DNA of 64,000 nt from Octopus bimaculoides (Eukaryota): contig NC_068992.1 in assembly GCF_001194135.2 (NCBI RefSeq), positions 16,759,795 through 16,823,794 of the forward strand, written 5' to 3'. Positions 13,440 through 27,239 of the stretch are shown in pieces. Each line of letters opens with the position of its first letter. Within the stretch, counting starts at the first letter, position 1. Under the pieces are notes generated by a model. The model was not told the DNA's origin, searched no databases, and was given only the letters and a program-made list of their open reading frames with translations. The position numbers were made by a program, and so were the translations under genes.

Positions 13440-14037
13440 TTATTGCAACGCTAGATATATCAACGAGGAGAAGTGGACAACTTCACGCACGCACTTCTTC
13501 AAACTTTGAAAATTACAAACTTTTGAAAATTCCACGGAATGCGTTTCCGTGTTTCTTTACCCAATCCTGGTATCCCTTGAGTCAATTGTGAATATCGTCT
13601 CAAAAATTTCCCCAGTTGTGGTTATTAGAAAAGAAGTAGCATTGCACACGTTCCTGCAAGGACTGAGAACAAACATTTCTCTGCAACCCAACTGCCCCTG
13701 CTCTTGTCCAAATACTTCAGGATAGTGGATAGTGGTTTCGTGCGGCAGTAAATTTTCTGAAAGGCCGATGAAAATTTTGTTACAGAAAGTTTCCTTGTTC
13801 TACTCTTCATTTCTTGTATATAGTTGCCATAACAAGAATAACACAGCTTCCAATGATTTGAAGAACGTTTAGAGATATTAGAAATGCACTATTTAAGCCT
13901 CGGCATTGTGTCCTACTTCTGAAGCATAAAAATTATGTATTTTCCATTTCGACACGGGTCTTTTTTACAACCAATCTTGTTCACGTCTTCACACAACGTT
14001 CTTTTGACGAAGAAACATATCAGTAGTGGCATTGTCG

Positions 14038-14140
14038 TCATCATCATTAACATCATCACCATCATTATCATCGTCGTCATCATCATCATCGTCATCGTCG
14101 TCATTATCATCGTCGTCATCATCATCATCAGCAGCATCAT
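14038..14140. repeat. Imperfect (CAT/CGT)n microsatellite
   Basis: Direct reading. Confidence 0.9.
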
Positions 14141-14864
14141 CGTTTTATTGTTATTGTCGCTGCTACTATTTTCCGATTCATTATTACAATTTCAGGCTGG
14201 CAAGGCGTACTTCATAACGCTTTTGGTTCTCGGATTTTTCTATCTGTGTCAATTTGATTTTGATTCATAGAACTCTAACATATTGTTTCAATATTTTTAA
14301 CCCAAATTATCTGAATAATTTTTCCAAACTTCGTTTGATTTTTGTGTTTATTTTTATCTGACATACAGCACAACAAGTCGAGGATAATACTCCCCGCCAG
14401 CATAAACAAAGACAGTGTGCGGAAAATATAAAATCAGAAGCTAAATGGACAGCAATATTGCAAAACAAGGTATTAACATTTTGAAAAGAAATATGTTTGT
14501 GCTATTTTAGAGCAAATGTCAGCGCTTTTGTCAAGTGGCTTAACTATTACCACAGCTACTCGGCAAAAGCAACAACAACGCATGGCTCTGAGAACACAGC
14601 TTTCCAAATATCTCGTCAGAAAATGTTTTTCTTATACACGTTCTTCACAGAGAAACAAGGGTGACAGCGTGTATCACGTTGAACTCTCTATAGCGTTGCC
14701 CGAATTGTTTGAGAGGGAAAACATGGTTCATATGACATATGTTACGTCGCGGTGTATTGGGGATGTTTTTATATGCCCCCTAATGACGAGTTAAAATGGG
14801 CTCTGGCTGATGTATGAGAAATATCACGGTCCTCTGGAAAGTCTGAGAGAGGAAAAGGAGGAAT

Positions 14865-14913
<49 letters not shown>

Positions 14914-15027
14914 ATGATGGATAGTAACTTGTTCTGAAACAGGAACGAATGATGGAGGTTACTGCATCGAAATTCAAAAGTTCAGAAATCAGTTTTTCGT
15001 CTACCGAACATTCCCTGTCTAGCCAAA

Positions 15028-15043
15028 ATTATTATTATTATTA

Positions 15044-15120
<77 letters not shown>

Positions 15121-15121
15121 T
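15028..15121. repeat. (ATT)n microsatellite (tail side of the minus-strand RLE LINE)
   Basis: Direct reading. Confidence 0.95.
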
Positions 15122-15224
15122 TACTTCTCAGAGCTCTCGATTTCATTTTCTCTGGCTACTTCCATATGAGCGGCCAAAAACCCTTTATCAGGGATCATGT
15201 GGGGGCTTATTCCACAATATTTAA

Positions 15225-15510
15225 CATCTAATTACCAGCCTCAAAATCGTCGCTGATCTCAATTAGGCGTTTTTTTTGTGAGCATGTTCTACACTCATGC
15301 AGATTCCAATTTCTGAAACGAATTTCTCAAACCAGATTCTAAATGCTCTCAATGCTCCTACAACTACTGAGATGTCGGTTACTTTCGGCATTGCCCACAT
15401 TCGTGTAATATCGTTTTTTAGCGGTTTGTACTTCTCAATATTGAACTATTCTTTATCATTTATTCCGACATCCCTAGTCATGGCGATATATATGATCATA
15501 GTTTCATTCA
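15225..15510 (-). mobile_element. 3' fragment of RLE-type (R4/Dong-like) non-LTR retrotransposon
   Basis: Minus translation IIYIAMTRDVGINDKE*FNIEKYKPLKNDITRMWAMPKVTDISVVVGALRAF...EIGICMSVEHAHKKT matches the PD-(D/E)xK RLE C-terminus. A (TAA)n tract lies downstream at 15028-15121. Confidence 0.8.
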
Positions 15511-16139
15511 TTATTGTTTTTTAACAACAACAATGTCTGGCCTCTGACATTAATCGCTAAATTACACCAGATTTTAAAATTGAAAAGATCTTACAATTAT
15601 TAATTTCGGTGCCACCCTCTGCTTTACACTTGCATCATTTAAATGCCTTAACTATGCACACACTCAGGCACATCAACATTTTCTGCAAAAATGCAGAAAT
15701 AAATGCTTATTGAATTATCGTATTGCAGAATATGTGTACGACACTATTTTTGATTGAAAAAACTTAACTAGTAGAACCTACGTCTTCCAAGTTATGCTCA
15801 GTTGAAGAATTCAATTTACTATTGTAAACGAACGAAACACTTGTCAACATTATAGTGACAGCTCATATAATATTTAGAGCAGCAATCATTTATTTATTTT
15901 TTTTTTTTGTCTACAGAGCCGTTCCCACGCAGGTGATTTTAGCAGCCATGTGTATGTGTAGCTTTGCTAAAACAACTGTGGGAAGCTTATTATACAATAC
16001 ATTGATATGGCCTTCTGACATCCACCTCTGAAGTATATTCCATGCAATTTGCGCAGTTCTCAAAGTAATGTCAGTTAAAATATGGAAAATATAGAATTAT
16101 CTCAATCACAAGATGAATATGCAGTATAAAATACATTTT

Positions 16140-16640
16140 CAGTAATAAAACCAGAGTGGATAGTTCGATATATCTCGCCAGCCTTTAAGAGGTTGAAATG
16201 AACTATATCGACTGTTAACACCTGGTATCTACATCCAACGTTAGCACCAGATATTGAGACCTTCATCTTACACTTGACTTGCAGGAAACGAATATTTACA
16301 CCACAAAGTATATATCGTAACCTATATTTTAGGTACTTTACTGAAGACCTTTTCACCTACCTTGCCAACTCTACCCCATTCTCGATTTATTTATAGTTAT
16401 CATAGAATAGTCCAAACTCCATGTTGGAAACTTGAACTTGCCACTCTAAGAATCAAGAACAATACACAGATCAAGCGAGTCACCCACATACAGAAGGAAC
16501 ACATAAGCTGAGTCATGTTTAAAAGCACTCATGACTCGCTTACCATACGTTCTAGTGAAACTAGAGTCAGCCAAAGGTGATTTCACATATTTTCTGCGTT
16601 AGACAGCCGGACTACATAAAGAAAAAAGTGTGATTAACAA
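16140..16640 (+). mobile_element. Very degenerate LINE (CR1/L2-like) ORF2 remnant
   Basis: Interrupted translations EWIVRYIS..., YFTEDLFTYLANST and IKRVTHIQKEHIS loosely follow RT and post-RT motifs. Weak. Confidence 0.3.
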
Positions 16641-17264
16641 TTTACTCTTTCAAAAGACAGGAACTGTTACACAGTATTTCATTAATCTACTGGGACACAT
16701 CAAACACTGTAAATAAGAAATGTAATAGTTTTAATTGTCTCATAAACAAATGGTGGCCTGTAAACTGCAGACACATTTTTGATAACTTTTGGACAGTTTT
16801 TGTGCGAAAGTAATAAAATAAGCGCAATTACTTATATTTATGCTCAAATATTTTGAAGACAAACGAATAAGATGAGGCAAAATTTACTATGGAATACGGT
16901 AACTTTAGATTTCTTATCTCTTTTCTATTTAGTGGAATAATATGTCATTTGTTATTTACTTTTTACTGTTATTTATGACAAAAACGTATACTGCATATGA
17001 GAAGTAACTATATTTCCAGTTAGTATTAATGAAATTTAATACGAGGTTTGCCTAGGCATACAGGAATGTATATACATGCACTTCCGATTATTATAATATT
17101 CAAAGTTTAAACATAATGAAAACCACACTATTATTCTTTAAAACATGTAAGCATCCTTTTTTATATTAACCAATTCACCTACTTATCGATTCAACTGAAA
17201 CATCAGTGACACTCCGTGAATATTATATATAGTTACTAGAGTGAAAGCGTGACGTGACGTGAGG

Positions 17265-17629
17265 TTGGCACTCTGTCGCGTACGACGACGGGGGTTCAAT
17301 TTGTTCCGATCAACGGAACAGCCTGCTCGTGAAATTAACTTGCAAGTGGCTGAGCACTCCACAGACACGTGTACCCTTAGCGTAGTTCTCGGGGATATTC
17401 AGCGTGACACAGTGTGACAAGGCTGACCCCTTTGAATTACAGGCACAACAGAAACAGGAAGTAAGAGTGAGAGAATACAGCTGGGTTCGCCACCATCCCC
17501 TGCCGGAGCCTCGTGGAGTTTTAGGTGTTTTCGCTCAAGAAACACTCACAACGTCCGGTCTGGGAATCGAAACCGTGATCCTATGACCGCGCGTCTGCTG
17601 CCCTAACCACTGGGTTATTGCGCCTCCAA
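17265..17629 (-). mobile_element. Family D SINE
   Basis: Reverse complement of the 4450-4830 copy. Flanking direct repeat actagagtga at 17235-17244 and 17630-17639. Confidence 0.9.
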
Positions 17630-18923
17630 ACTAGAGTGACAGCATGGAGATGTGAAAAGGCAGAAACGACAGTAATCATTGTCTCCCTTGGATGTTCCAG
17701 TAAGGCATAAAAGCTATCAAAACTGGCCGGGAAATTATGATAAATTTTTCGAAAAGTCCCAAATAGAGATCGCTGAAAATAAAATCATATTCATGGTTTT
17801 CTATTCCATTACAATAATAAACATTTTAGTTTTTCTGAAACTATAGTATCAAATGAGAATGTGTATAAGATATCAATGAATGATTTTGCTGGGAAATGCA
17901 AAAAAAAAAAAAGAGAAAATAAAAGTCATTTTCAAAACAGATAATATTTTTGTAGTTCAAAAATTGCGTTTTGTGACATAAAATGTCCTGTAGAATTAGC
18001 AAGAGCTAATAATCAGTAACTTCAACTGATAAATATTGTTAAACACACCTCTGCCAATGCAATTCGCATAAGCAATTCACTTTAAATGCAACGAACAACC
18101 AGCCGTGAGACTGTTCTTAGCAGATCCCCAAATAGGGTTCATGAATATACTTGTCAGGAAAAACAGAAGAGCCATATTATACAGAAACAGTTGCCTTATA
18201 TTTTAAATGTTTCTCTTACTTAATAAAAAAAAACTGTGATTTTTCCATAATATTCTATGAAAGTATAATGCAATGCATATCAACACAACTTCCAGTTTTC
18301 TTATTCATGAACAAAAAATTAGAAATGAGTTTATCATGTAAAGTTTTCTGAACGAATTGAATTTCCGATATTAAAATCTCAAGACATTGTTCAAATATTT
18401 TCGGGTTTTATTCAACGGAAACTAAGTAAAAAAAAAAAATTTCAAAATAATTTTTTTTTAAAATCTATCATTACAAATATAAANNNNNNNNNNNNNNNNN
18501 NNNNNNNNNNNNNNNNNNNNNNNNNNNNNNNNNNNNNNNNNNNNNNNNNNNNNNNNNNNNNNNNNNNNNNNNNNNNNNNNNNNNNNNNNNNNNNNNNNNN
18601 NNNNNNNNNNNNNNNNNNNNNNNNNNNNNNNNNNNNNNNNNNNNNNNNNNNNNNNNNNNNNNNNNNNNNNNNNNNNNNNNNNNNNNNNNNNNNNNNNNNN
18701 NNNNNNNNNNNNNNNNNNNNNNNNNNNNNNNNNNNNNNNNNNNNNNNNNNNNNNNNNNNNNNNNNNNNNNNNNNNNNNNNNNNNNNNNNNNNNNNNNNNN
18801 NNNNNNNNNNNNNNNNNNNNNNNNNNNNNNNNNNNNNNNNNNNNNNNNNNNNNNNNNNNNNNNNNNNNNNNNNNNNNNNNNNNNNNNNNNNNNNNNNNNN
18901 NNNNNNNNNNNNNNNNNNNNNNN

Positions 18924-18957
<34 letters not shown>

Positions 18958-20872
18958 TATATATATATGTATGTATATATCTGTATATATGTGCACGCAC
19001 TCATACAGACACAGGCATAGACACTCACATACATATAACATGTCTACACTTTAATATTGAATTTTCAAATATAAAAGAGCAATGCAATGTAAAATGGAAT
19101 GCTACCGAAATATTTTAGTAGGAAAGCTGTCGTTTTTTTTGGCATAGGGTCAAAAGTTCATTGAGACATAACTGTGAGGGAATAAAGAAGAATGACAAAA
19201 ATTACTACATTCCAATGTGACCCCTAACATATAAGAAAGTGTTTAGGAAGACTATATTATCTATCAAAGGAATATATCTCGTACGTTTACGCTTTCAAAA
19301 CTGTAATGCTTCTAGCGATACAGTAAATCCAAGTGTGGATATTGTTTAACTCTAAATTGATTGAAACGTTATCTTAGTTGTCAAACGAAGGTTATATGAA
19401 CTGGATTGAAAAGATATAAGAATTTGGAAGAAATGAATTTTTCACCGGAAATGATGGAATATCGCAGCATGAAACTGATAGTGTAGTTCATAATAAATGT
19501 AGATTATTATTTTTCGTTTTTTTCTTTTTTTTTCTTTTTTTCAAAAATTGACACACTAAGGAATGCATGGCTATGTAGTTTTGAACGAAGAGGACTATAT
19601 ATATAAAAAAAAAGTGAGTTTTGTAATATGTCGATCATCCTGAATAACGATAATCTCTAAAAGCGGCAATAAAAATTTATTTTTCAACAATTTCAATACC
19701 TTATTCAATGAAGTAGGTTCTGCGAAATACGGTATTTCACTACCAAATCTGAGATTGATACAGATAGTGTTTAATTTAAACATTTATACGCTCGATGAAG
19801 AAAACAACCAGGCTAATATAATACTTGTGGGAGTCATGGATGTGATAGAGAATCTGAATAATGGAGAAAATATGGGTGGGCTGTCGTTCTTCTGTTAAGA
19901 AGCTATGATATAAGCTATATTACAAACGCGCGTGTCGTTATTTTAGCGACAACGCGAGAAAACCAAACAATTTTGATTTGGAGATTACAACGTTTTATTC
20001 AGTGAAACGGGTGAGCTATTATAAAAATGGCCAAGCAAGTTTGTTTCACTAGCTTATGTATGTGAGAAATGCTCCAATATACCATTTACCTGAGCTTTTA
20101 GGAAGTTTATCAACTTATCAAACTTATATTACTGCGGGGATTTTGTCAGTGTATATGAAATATTGTGTGCTTCAAGAACGATGTATTTAGTTTGCCAATG
20201 TGTAAGACTAGAGTGAGGACGAGTATATATATTTGAGTGATTGAAACACATCTAAATAAGAATGTAATGAAAAGAATGCGGAACATTGGTAATTAGTGTA
20301 CATTTGTTCGGATATGGTACACATGCCCAAAATCTGGGATTGTGTACCATATACGCAATTTGTTTCTGTGAGAGGTCTGTCCGTACAAGTTGTATTTTTG
20401 CTCTCTAACAAACAACGTCGAATCTCAGAAAAGTGGCAGGCACATTATCCAGAGACGAACAACTTAACAGTCACGATCAAATTATTTTATCATTAACTAT
20501 AATATCATTGGCTTCACCTAGATTCTCAGTCGGGAACATATTGATGTCGCTATATGAGATGTTGTCAGAAGAACAGGTAGCATGGAAGATATGACTGTCT
20601 TCTTTGAGGAGAGAAAAATTTTGAATGTGAAAAACTATATGTTTGCTTGTAACAGTCCAAAATTGTTTCCATTTTCTTTAACATGATGTACGCCAATAGA
20701 TCGATGGTTGCAAACTCATATCAATCGCACATACTGTTTGTAGCACAAAGTTACCATCTGCACTGCAGTCAGTCCTATAATTGTTGCAATCCAATCAAGT
20801 CAGTTATTTTGTATAATTTTATTAAACCTTATATGGCTGCGTCTATCAAAGAATGCGATTCAAAAAACATAC

Positions 20873-21019
20873 CTGAAATAATTCACTTCTTTCTTCATCC
20901 ATTCAATTAGGGACGATGATAATTGGTTTGGGTGAATCACTAGAGTTAACCGTTTCACAGCCACAGTCCAAGAGTCCCATTGACCAACGAAGGTATCAGC
21001 AAAAATACCACCACCCAGT
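20873..21019 (-). CDS. Internal exon of receptor-like protein kinase; subdomains I-III (LGGGIFADTFVGQWDSWTVAVKRLTLVIHPNQLSSSLIEWMKKEVNYF)
   Basis: Acceptor tgtcatatgtttcag|A and donor AG|gtatgt. 147 nt, phase 2 to 2. Contains a Gly-rich loop GGGIFA, the VAVK lysine and the alphaC glutamate (KKEV). Lies inside track ORF 20860..21096(-). Confidence 0.93.
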
Positions 21020-24000
21020 CTGAAACATATGACAATCGGAATTAAACAAATTAGTTGTAAATATGTTTTCTTATGGGACGATAAGTCATTATTCATATTA
21101 TAAACATAAATTGAGTTTCTGGTTTACTTAAAACTTTGTTTATATATTCCAAATGGCGTTCTTCTCTAAGAAACCCTTCTTGACTCAGTAGAGTGGTAAA
21201 TATCTAAAGAGATGTTGGCAATTTGGATATCATTATACCCAGCACAACGCTAAAATCTAGGAGTGGGGAGAGAGAGAGAAAGAGTGAGAAAGAAACAGAG
21301 ACATAGAAGACACAAAAATCATGGTATTTGTGTAAACCTGAATTTCAATCATTGTCTTGACTGCGGGAAATAATTTGGGTTATAAATATTACTTATTGGC
21401 AATGATTGAATATAAACGACCCATAATTCAGCTGCTTCACTGATACCATACCCGCACAACATACTTCAATGCCACAGCTGAAGTAAGGGTAAATGAACGT
21501 TTAGCAGATGTTGGATTCCAATTCTGCGAGTTAGGAACCAATGTGGCAGTAAAGTGCTGGCCACTTCTGTACGTAAATTAAATATAAACACCTAATTTAA
21601 GTTTTAAATTATTACCGTGCTTAAATCGTAAACCAATTTCACATACATATATTGATGATCGTGTATGGTTTCTGAAGGAAATAATGAGTAAAGCGGTTGC
21701 CATAGAACACAATCTTCCTCATATGTCATCGCATTATCTTATTTGTGTGAAAAGCCATGAGATAAATTTCTAAAGAGCAAGCACTTCACCCATAGCAACT
21801 CTGGGAATATATAGCTCACTGTTTTCTTCGGTTGAAGCAATATATATTTAATACATTTATTGTATGATTTATTTACTGAAAGATTTGTAGACAGATATGG
21901 TCATTGTTTATTAGAATTCAAATGATTTACAGTCAATAATGGAGACTTTGTGATTACGCAGTGTAACTTAAGATAACCGTCTTTAGTGAGTCGTTTCTCT
22001 TTCCAAACTATAATGATGATATCTGTTGAAGTGCTTATTGCAAGGAAAAGATGTCATTCTACAATGCCTTCTTTATCTGACTGTGTTATCACTTCATATA
22101 ACCACATAAATAAAATTACTTGGAGGTGAATAAACGATATTATGGATTTCGCTTGAACCAGAAACCAGACACCGCTGTTCTGTAAAACGGGATTTATAGG
22201 ATATTTAAACGTTTTGCCTTCCAGCAAACAAGGAAAGTAAACTGACACTAAAAGAAATCACTTATTCTACATATTTTAACGACTTCCGTAACGAAGGACG
22301 TAATTATAAAGGTGATATTATATATGAAAGCAATATTAATACGATCACATAATATTAATACTAAAATGAACTTCTCTTCTCTGTGTTGTATAACTGAGAG
22401 CTATTTACGTCATTTCAAACGCAAGAATACGATTCACAATTAGAGAGATGCATCTCCTTCCTAAATATTAAAAGCTCAAAGTATTGAAAAGCGACAATTG
22501 AATAACGACAATGCGGTGGAGATGACGCTGACGTATACACAGTATAAATTCGCATTATAGTTCAAGCCTAGTTTGCTACAAATATATATTTCAGATTAAT
22601 TTTTTGAAATACGTATATTATATTTCGGATAACGGAAATGTATTGAAACGGGAGAGTGTATTAAAGCATATTTCATTAGTTAATCAATTGATATATATCA
22701 AGCAAATATGGATTCGGTTAAATCTTTTGGTTGCTCACATGACACTAGAGACAAGTCTTTCACTTTTAAAAGACCAGTGATGTCCAGTAAAAGCAATCTT
22801 CATTAGTTGTTACAATATGTATAGAGTTATTACAAAAACTGAATTGTCTGCTTATTGAATTAGCATGTCATTGGTTTAATATCTAAAGGACACGAGTATC
22901 CCTAACGTAATACATAAATTCAGTTTGACAAAGTGTATGGCAAAGCTCGTGCATTGAATTACAGATACAATAACCACGATGATCTGCCACAAAGTTTCAG
23001 TCTAGTCACAATGCCTGGATTTACGCGAAGCAAGAATATACTAAAATACTACAATAAGAGAACTACAGCAGGAAATCGGGATTGTAAAGCGAATATTTTA
23101 ATCATTCAGCCTAACTGCGCTTCTCTCGAAATTAATTTCTATCAGTATAAGACAGCAATATCCGACAGCCGTGGGCTGTGAAGCATATAGAATAGACTAT
23201 CCATTAAAAAAAGACGAGTAAATATTTGTGTTTGATCCGAGTTTCAAGCCAGTGAGAAAACATTTCGTATCTTTCCCGTTGCAAATTAGATTAGTACTGA
23301 TTCATAACTAGAGCCAGGACAATTATACGTAGTGGCGAGCTTTAATCCGTTACAACCGATTTTAAAGATCAAAGAGATGACTGAAACCGACACCCGTTGA
23401 ATTTAAAATTAGTAAGCTGAATGATTACTGAACTCGAAAACACGTAATACCATTCTATTACATCAGCTCTATATGACATGTTATATCATTCACTATATTG
23501 TTTCTCCATTTATAGACTTACTTTATCTTAGCGATATAAAACATCATCTAAATAGTATAGAATTAATCAGTAGGTGATCCTTCCCGAGCCAACTTTCCGA
23601 GTGAGTCATATTTTCATACAAGATGGTTTCCCAGATTCAGTGATATATATATATATANNNNNNNNNNNNNNNNNNNNNNNNNNNNNNNNNNNNNNNNNNN
23701 NNNNNNNNNNNNNNNNNNNNNNNNNNNNNNNNNNNNNNNNNNNNNNNNNNNNNNNNNNNNNNNNNNNNNNNNNNNNNNNNNNNNNNNNNNNNNNNNNNNN
23801 NNNNNNNNNNNNNNNNNNNNNNNNNNNNNNNNNNNNNNNNNNNNNNNNNNNNNNNNNNNNNNNNNNNNNNNNNNNNNNNNNNNNNNNNNNNNNNNNNNNN
23901 NNNNNNNNNNNNNNNNNNNNNNNNNNNNNNNNNNNNNNNNNNNNNNNNNNNNNNNNNNNNNNNNNNNNNNNNNNNNNNNNNNNNNNNNNNNNNNNNNNNN

Positions 24001-25653
24001 NNNNNNNNNNNNNNNNNNNNNNNNNNNNNNNNNNNNNNNNNNNNNNNNNNNNNNNNNNNNNNNNNNNNNNNNNNNNNNNNNNNNNNNNNNNNNNNNNNNN
24101 NNNNNNNNNNNNNNNNNNNNNNNNNNNNNNNNNNNNNNNNNNNNNNNATATATATACACTCAATATTTTAGATTTATATAATTTTATGTGATGTAGACTT
24201 AATAGCCGTTGTTGCTCAAATATATACCACTGACCACTCGGAGTTGTTTAACTTAACACATTTTCGCATTGAGCAAACTGTCAATGCCATAGATATGTTT
24301 TCATTTTTCGCACAATTATTTGCCCGTATCCTTCTTTTGAGAGAAAAGTGGGATAAACGCTGTATTAATGGTGCTTTTTGAAGCAGATCACGTGCCTAAA
24401 TTTTCTCGTCGCATCCATAAGGATTTAAACTGTGTTTTCCTTAATGGTATGTCAAATTTCAAGGATTTTTGATTCGAGAAACTATTGCTCTTCTTACTTC
24501 AAACCAGTCCCAGTTGCCACCAAACGATTATCTTAACTTCTATGCAAGGGAAAGTGGTATCAATACAGCGAGAACTTATCTGATTTGGCAAATACTTCGT
24601 CTTTGTTTCTTAAACGCATGCCAATGACCACACCAAGTCATTTCGCTTAACTCATTCTCTTTATGTATGTATACGCACACACACACACACACGCACGCAC
24701 GCACGCACACACACACACACACATACACACACACATACATACATACACACAAACATATATTTACATATATTGAAAACACAAAAGGGTGGTTAAAGTATAC
24801 GCGAACTCTTTTGTTCCAAATCCTATTAAGTTAAATAGGGTCTCTAAATTATATTACGCCTTTCACCAGTAAAATCAAATCATACTACATTCACAGGTTC
24901 CGTAAGTCTTTTATATTCATCTCCATAATTAGCAGCGGCCATCAATGTCACTTTACAGAAATTTGCACATACTCTTTCAGATCTATTCCTCATTAAACAT
25001 TTTTTTTTTGCTTCTACTGCTGCATTTTCCTTCCAAGTGTCTTCGTTTAACTCTTATTCTGTTCCTTTTCTTTCGCTTTCATTTCCTGTTCGTTTCCTTT
25101 TTCCTTTTTTTTTTTTTTTCATTAGAGAGAAAATCCACTCCCGTGCAGTAATATGCTTGTTGAAGAGAGACTTGGGAGTCATCCTACAGTAGTCGTAAAT
25201 GTGAGAAATGCGTGTCGATGGTGAGCTGCCTAGCATTCCACCTCGTCGATAAAATGATCTGTCATAAACACACACACACAAAGACACATATATGCACATA
25301 CACACATAAGCACACACTCCTACATATGTACCTGCCCTGCTGCTGTTAAATAAATTCATGGAACTCAATCTACCATTGCTTGACTTGGAATGACTAGTGG
25401 AGTGGTTTCAGTTTGTCTTTGACAAGCAGGTACGCTTTGAACTCAGAACACAGAGACTCGGAATATATACCGTAATGCATGTCTGCCCACGTGTCAACGA
25501 TTCTGTCACTCTCTAACTTGCAGAGCAACGTGAATGCTTTGCTCAAGGACACAAACTTGTGCTGCTCCGTCCGGGAATGAAATCCAAAATCTAGGAATCG
25601 TGTATTCAAAACTCTAAGCACTAAACCACACACACATATACACACAAACACCG

Positions 25654-25746
<93 letters not shown>

Positions 25747-25760
25747 TATGTGTGTGTCTG
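25654..25760. repeat. (TG)n microsatellite
   Basis: About 42 perfect units followed by degenerate units. Confidence 0.97.
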
Positions 25761-26144
25761 CGTGCATAACTATGTATATATACATGCATATATTTCCTCC
25801 ACAGTACCCCCAAAAGATACCATTCACGAAAAGAAGTTATATTACAACCAGAAAAAATGTAATACCTTTCAACATGCGCTGCAGAATTGATATTAAGGCA
25901 ATTAACACTCTAGTTTGCATTCGTAAAGTAGATACGATCTCTCGTCCTAACTACAAATATAATTGCATTTTTATGAACATACGGTTAAACTCTCAGACTC
26001 TACAACACCTAATCTTTCTGACGTTATACTATTCTCCAATGTCTCTAAATTGAACCCGTGAGACAACAACAATGCACAAAGTCAATATCTCAAAGTCGAA
26101 GATCTACCCTACAGATGAAATGGGTAAGGGCCTATAATATTGCT

Positions 26145-26340
26145 GTCAAATTTTTGCACATGGCCGGCAAATATTATAATAGGATTAAGTCGGTTTTGTA
26201 GACGCCAATGCTCAGAAGAAACTTATTTTATCAACCTCGAAATGAAGAAAGGCGAAGTTGACTCTGGCGGAATCTGAAGTCAGATCGTGAAATCACAAGA
26301 AATCCCGCTAAGCATTTTAGCCGGCGCTGTAACGTCTTAT
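26145..26340 (-). mobile_element. Degenerate family M SINE
   Basis: gaaaggcgaagttgactctggcggaatctgaagtcaga...ccgctaagcattttagccggcg is the reverse complement of the family M body and head. Confidence 0.7.
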
Positions 26341-26399
26341 GATATTTGTTTCAAGTCTTGGCACACGGCCAGCAATTTCGAACAAAAGGATAAGTCTGC

Positions 26400-26660
26400 T
26401 CTAATCTCTCATCACCTGTACACATCCTCCATTAAACCACCCCTCTAAAGATCTTTTCCTTGCAAGTTACTTGGTTACCCCACCAGTGTTGGTGCCAAGT
26501 TAAATGCACCCACTCCAATCTATAAAATGGTTGGCGTTAAAAAGGGCAGCCGTAAGACCTTGCGAAAACAGACAGACTTCCAACTTGCCCACTCCTGAAA
26601 AAGCATCGAACCCACGCTAGAGTGGATAACGGACGTGAAATGATGATGATGATGACGATG
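26400..26660 (+). mobile_element. Degenerate retroposon 3' portion ending in (TGA)n
   Basis: ggtgccaagttaaatgcaccc...tggttggcgttaaaaagggcagccgta...ggacgtgaaatgatgatgat looks like a SINE/LINE 3' end. Family not established. Confidence 0.45.
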
Positions 26661-26854
26661 ATATATATATATCATTAATACAACTACACTAAGCTGAAGA
26701 ATATAAGATATAGTAATATAAACGTCCTAAATTCAGTGGCGGCGTTAATGAAGATGTTACGCGTTAATTTGATGTGTTAAAGTAATCTTTACTAATGTAT
26801 ATCGAATTATACATAAATATATACAAGATTTACACAGATATAAGAGTTAGAACT

Positions 26855-26924
26855 TGTGACCGGCCCGCTCACCTTTTTCTTTGGAAATTTTTACCAGTCG
26901 AACTAAAAAATTTCCCCAACCCTG
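26855..26924 (-). mobile_element. Possible hAT (Charlie-like) terminal fragment
   Basis: Minus strand reads ctttagac|cagggttggggaaatttttt...gcgggccggtc, resembling a hAT TIR start and 8-bp target. The other end was not found. Confidence 0.3.
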
Positions 26925-27239
26925 GTCTAAAGCGACCTATAAAGATTGAAAGGGACCGATTTGAACTTTTTGTTGCCCATTTGCTTTCGTTGAAGACAAG
27001 TCTGCTAGCATGATCTTGATAATAGTAGTTGCAGAAACCCAACGGATATGTTTATCCATCGCGTTGATGTGGAATATCTTTCCATAATACAATTACATTC
27101 ATCATAAAATTTGCTAACAAGTATATGTAGACGTTATGTAGCTAAAATTGTTGTAATTACGACTTATAATTGGCTATTCAAAATATACGATGAATATTAT
27201 CCAGCCAAGTGGAATCAATAACATTGATATCTGCAGCAG

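Noticed and set aside
13480-13680. Cytochrome P450-like words (GIPG; GYQDWVKKHGNAF)
   Set aside because: The two motifs come from the same nucleotides in different frames and in the wrong order, with several stops.
14746-14779. Minus-strand IHRD resembling the kinase catalytic loop
   Set aside because: It lies upstream of the subdomain IV-V exon in transcript order, lacks the G-x-x-Y-L-H context and is followed by a stop.
19644-19898. 84-codon plus-strand open frame with faint resemblance to a Cys-loop receptor N-terminus (LDEENNQ, GGL)
   Set aside because: The conserved Trp residues are absent, the spacing is wrong and there is no continuation; most likely chance.
20208-20411. Kinase-like words ILGMC, SLHSYL and DFG just downstream of the first kinase exon
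   Set aside because: They are in different frames without suitable splice sites; the real subdomain IV-V exon is 1137-1290.
22120-22179. 60-nt minus-strand exon-like segment
   Set aside because: It lies in a phase-2 intron, where inclusion hits a TAA stop.
25110-25242. Phase-2 open segment SFYRRGGMLGSSPSTRISHIYDY...
   Set aside because: Poor donor (gtggat), and inclusion would interrupt the IETGK-RLGGG junction already made by the 31841 exon.
26873-26936. Phase 1-2 exon candidate with a good donor
   Set aside because: It overlaps a hAT-like terminus, and exon 31841-31973 is a far better phase 1-2 bridge.
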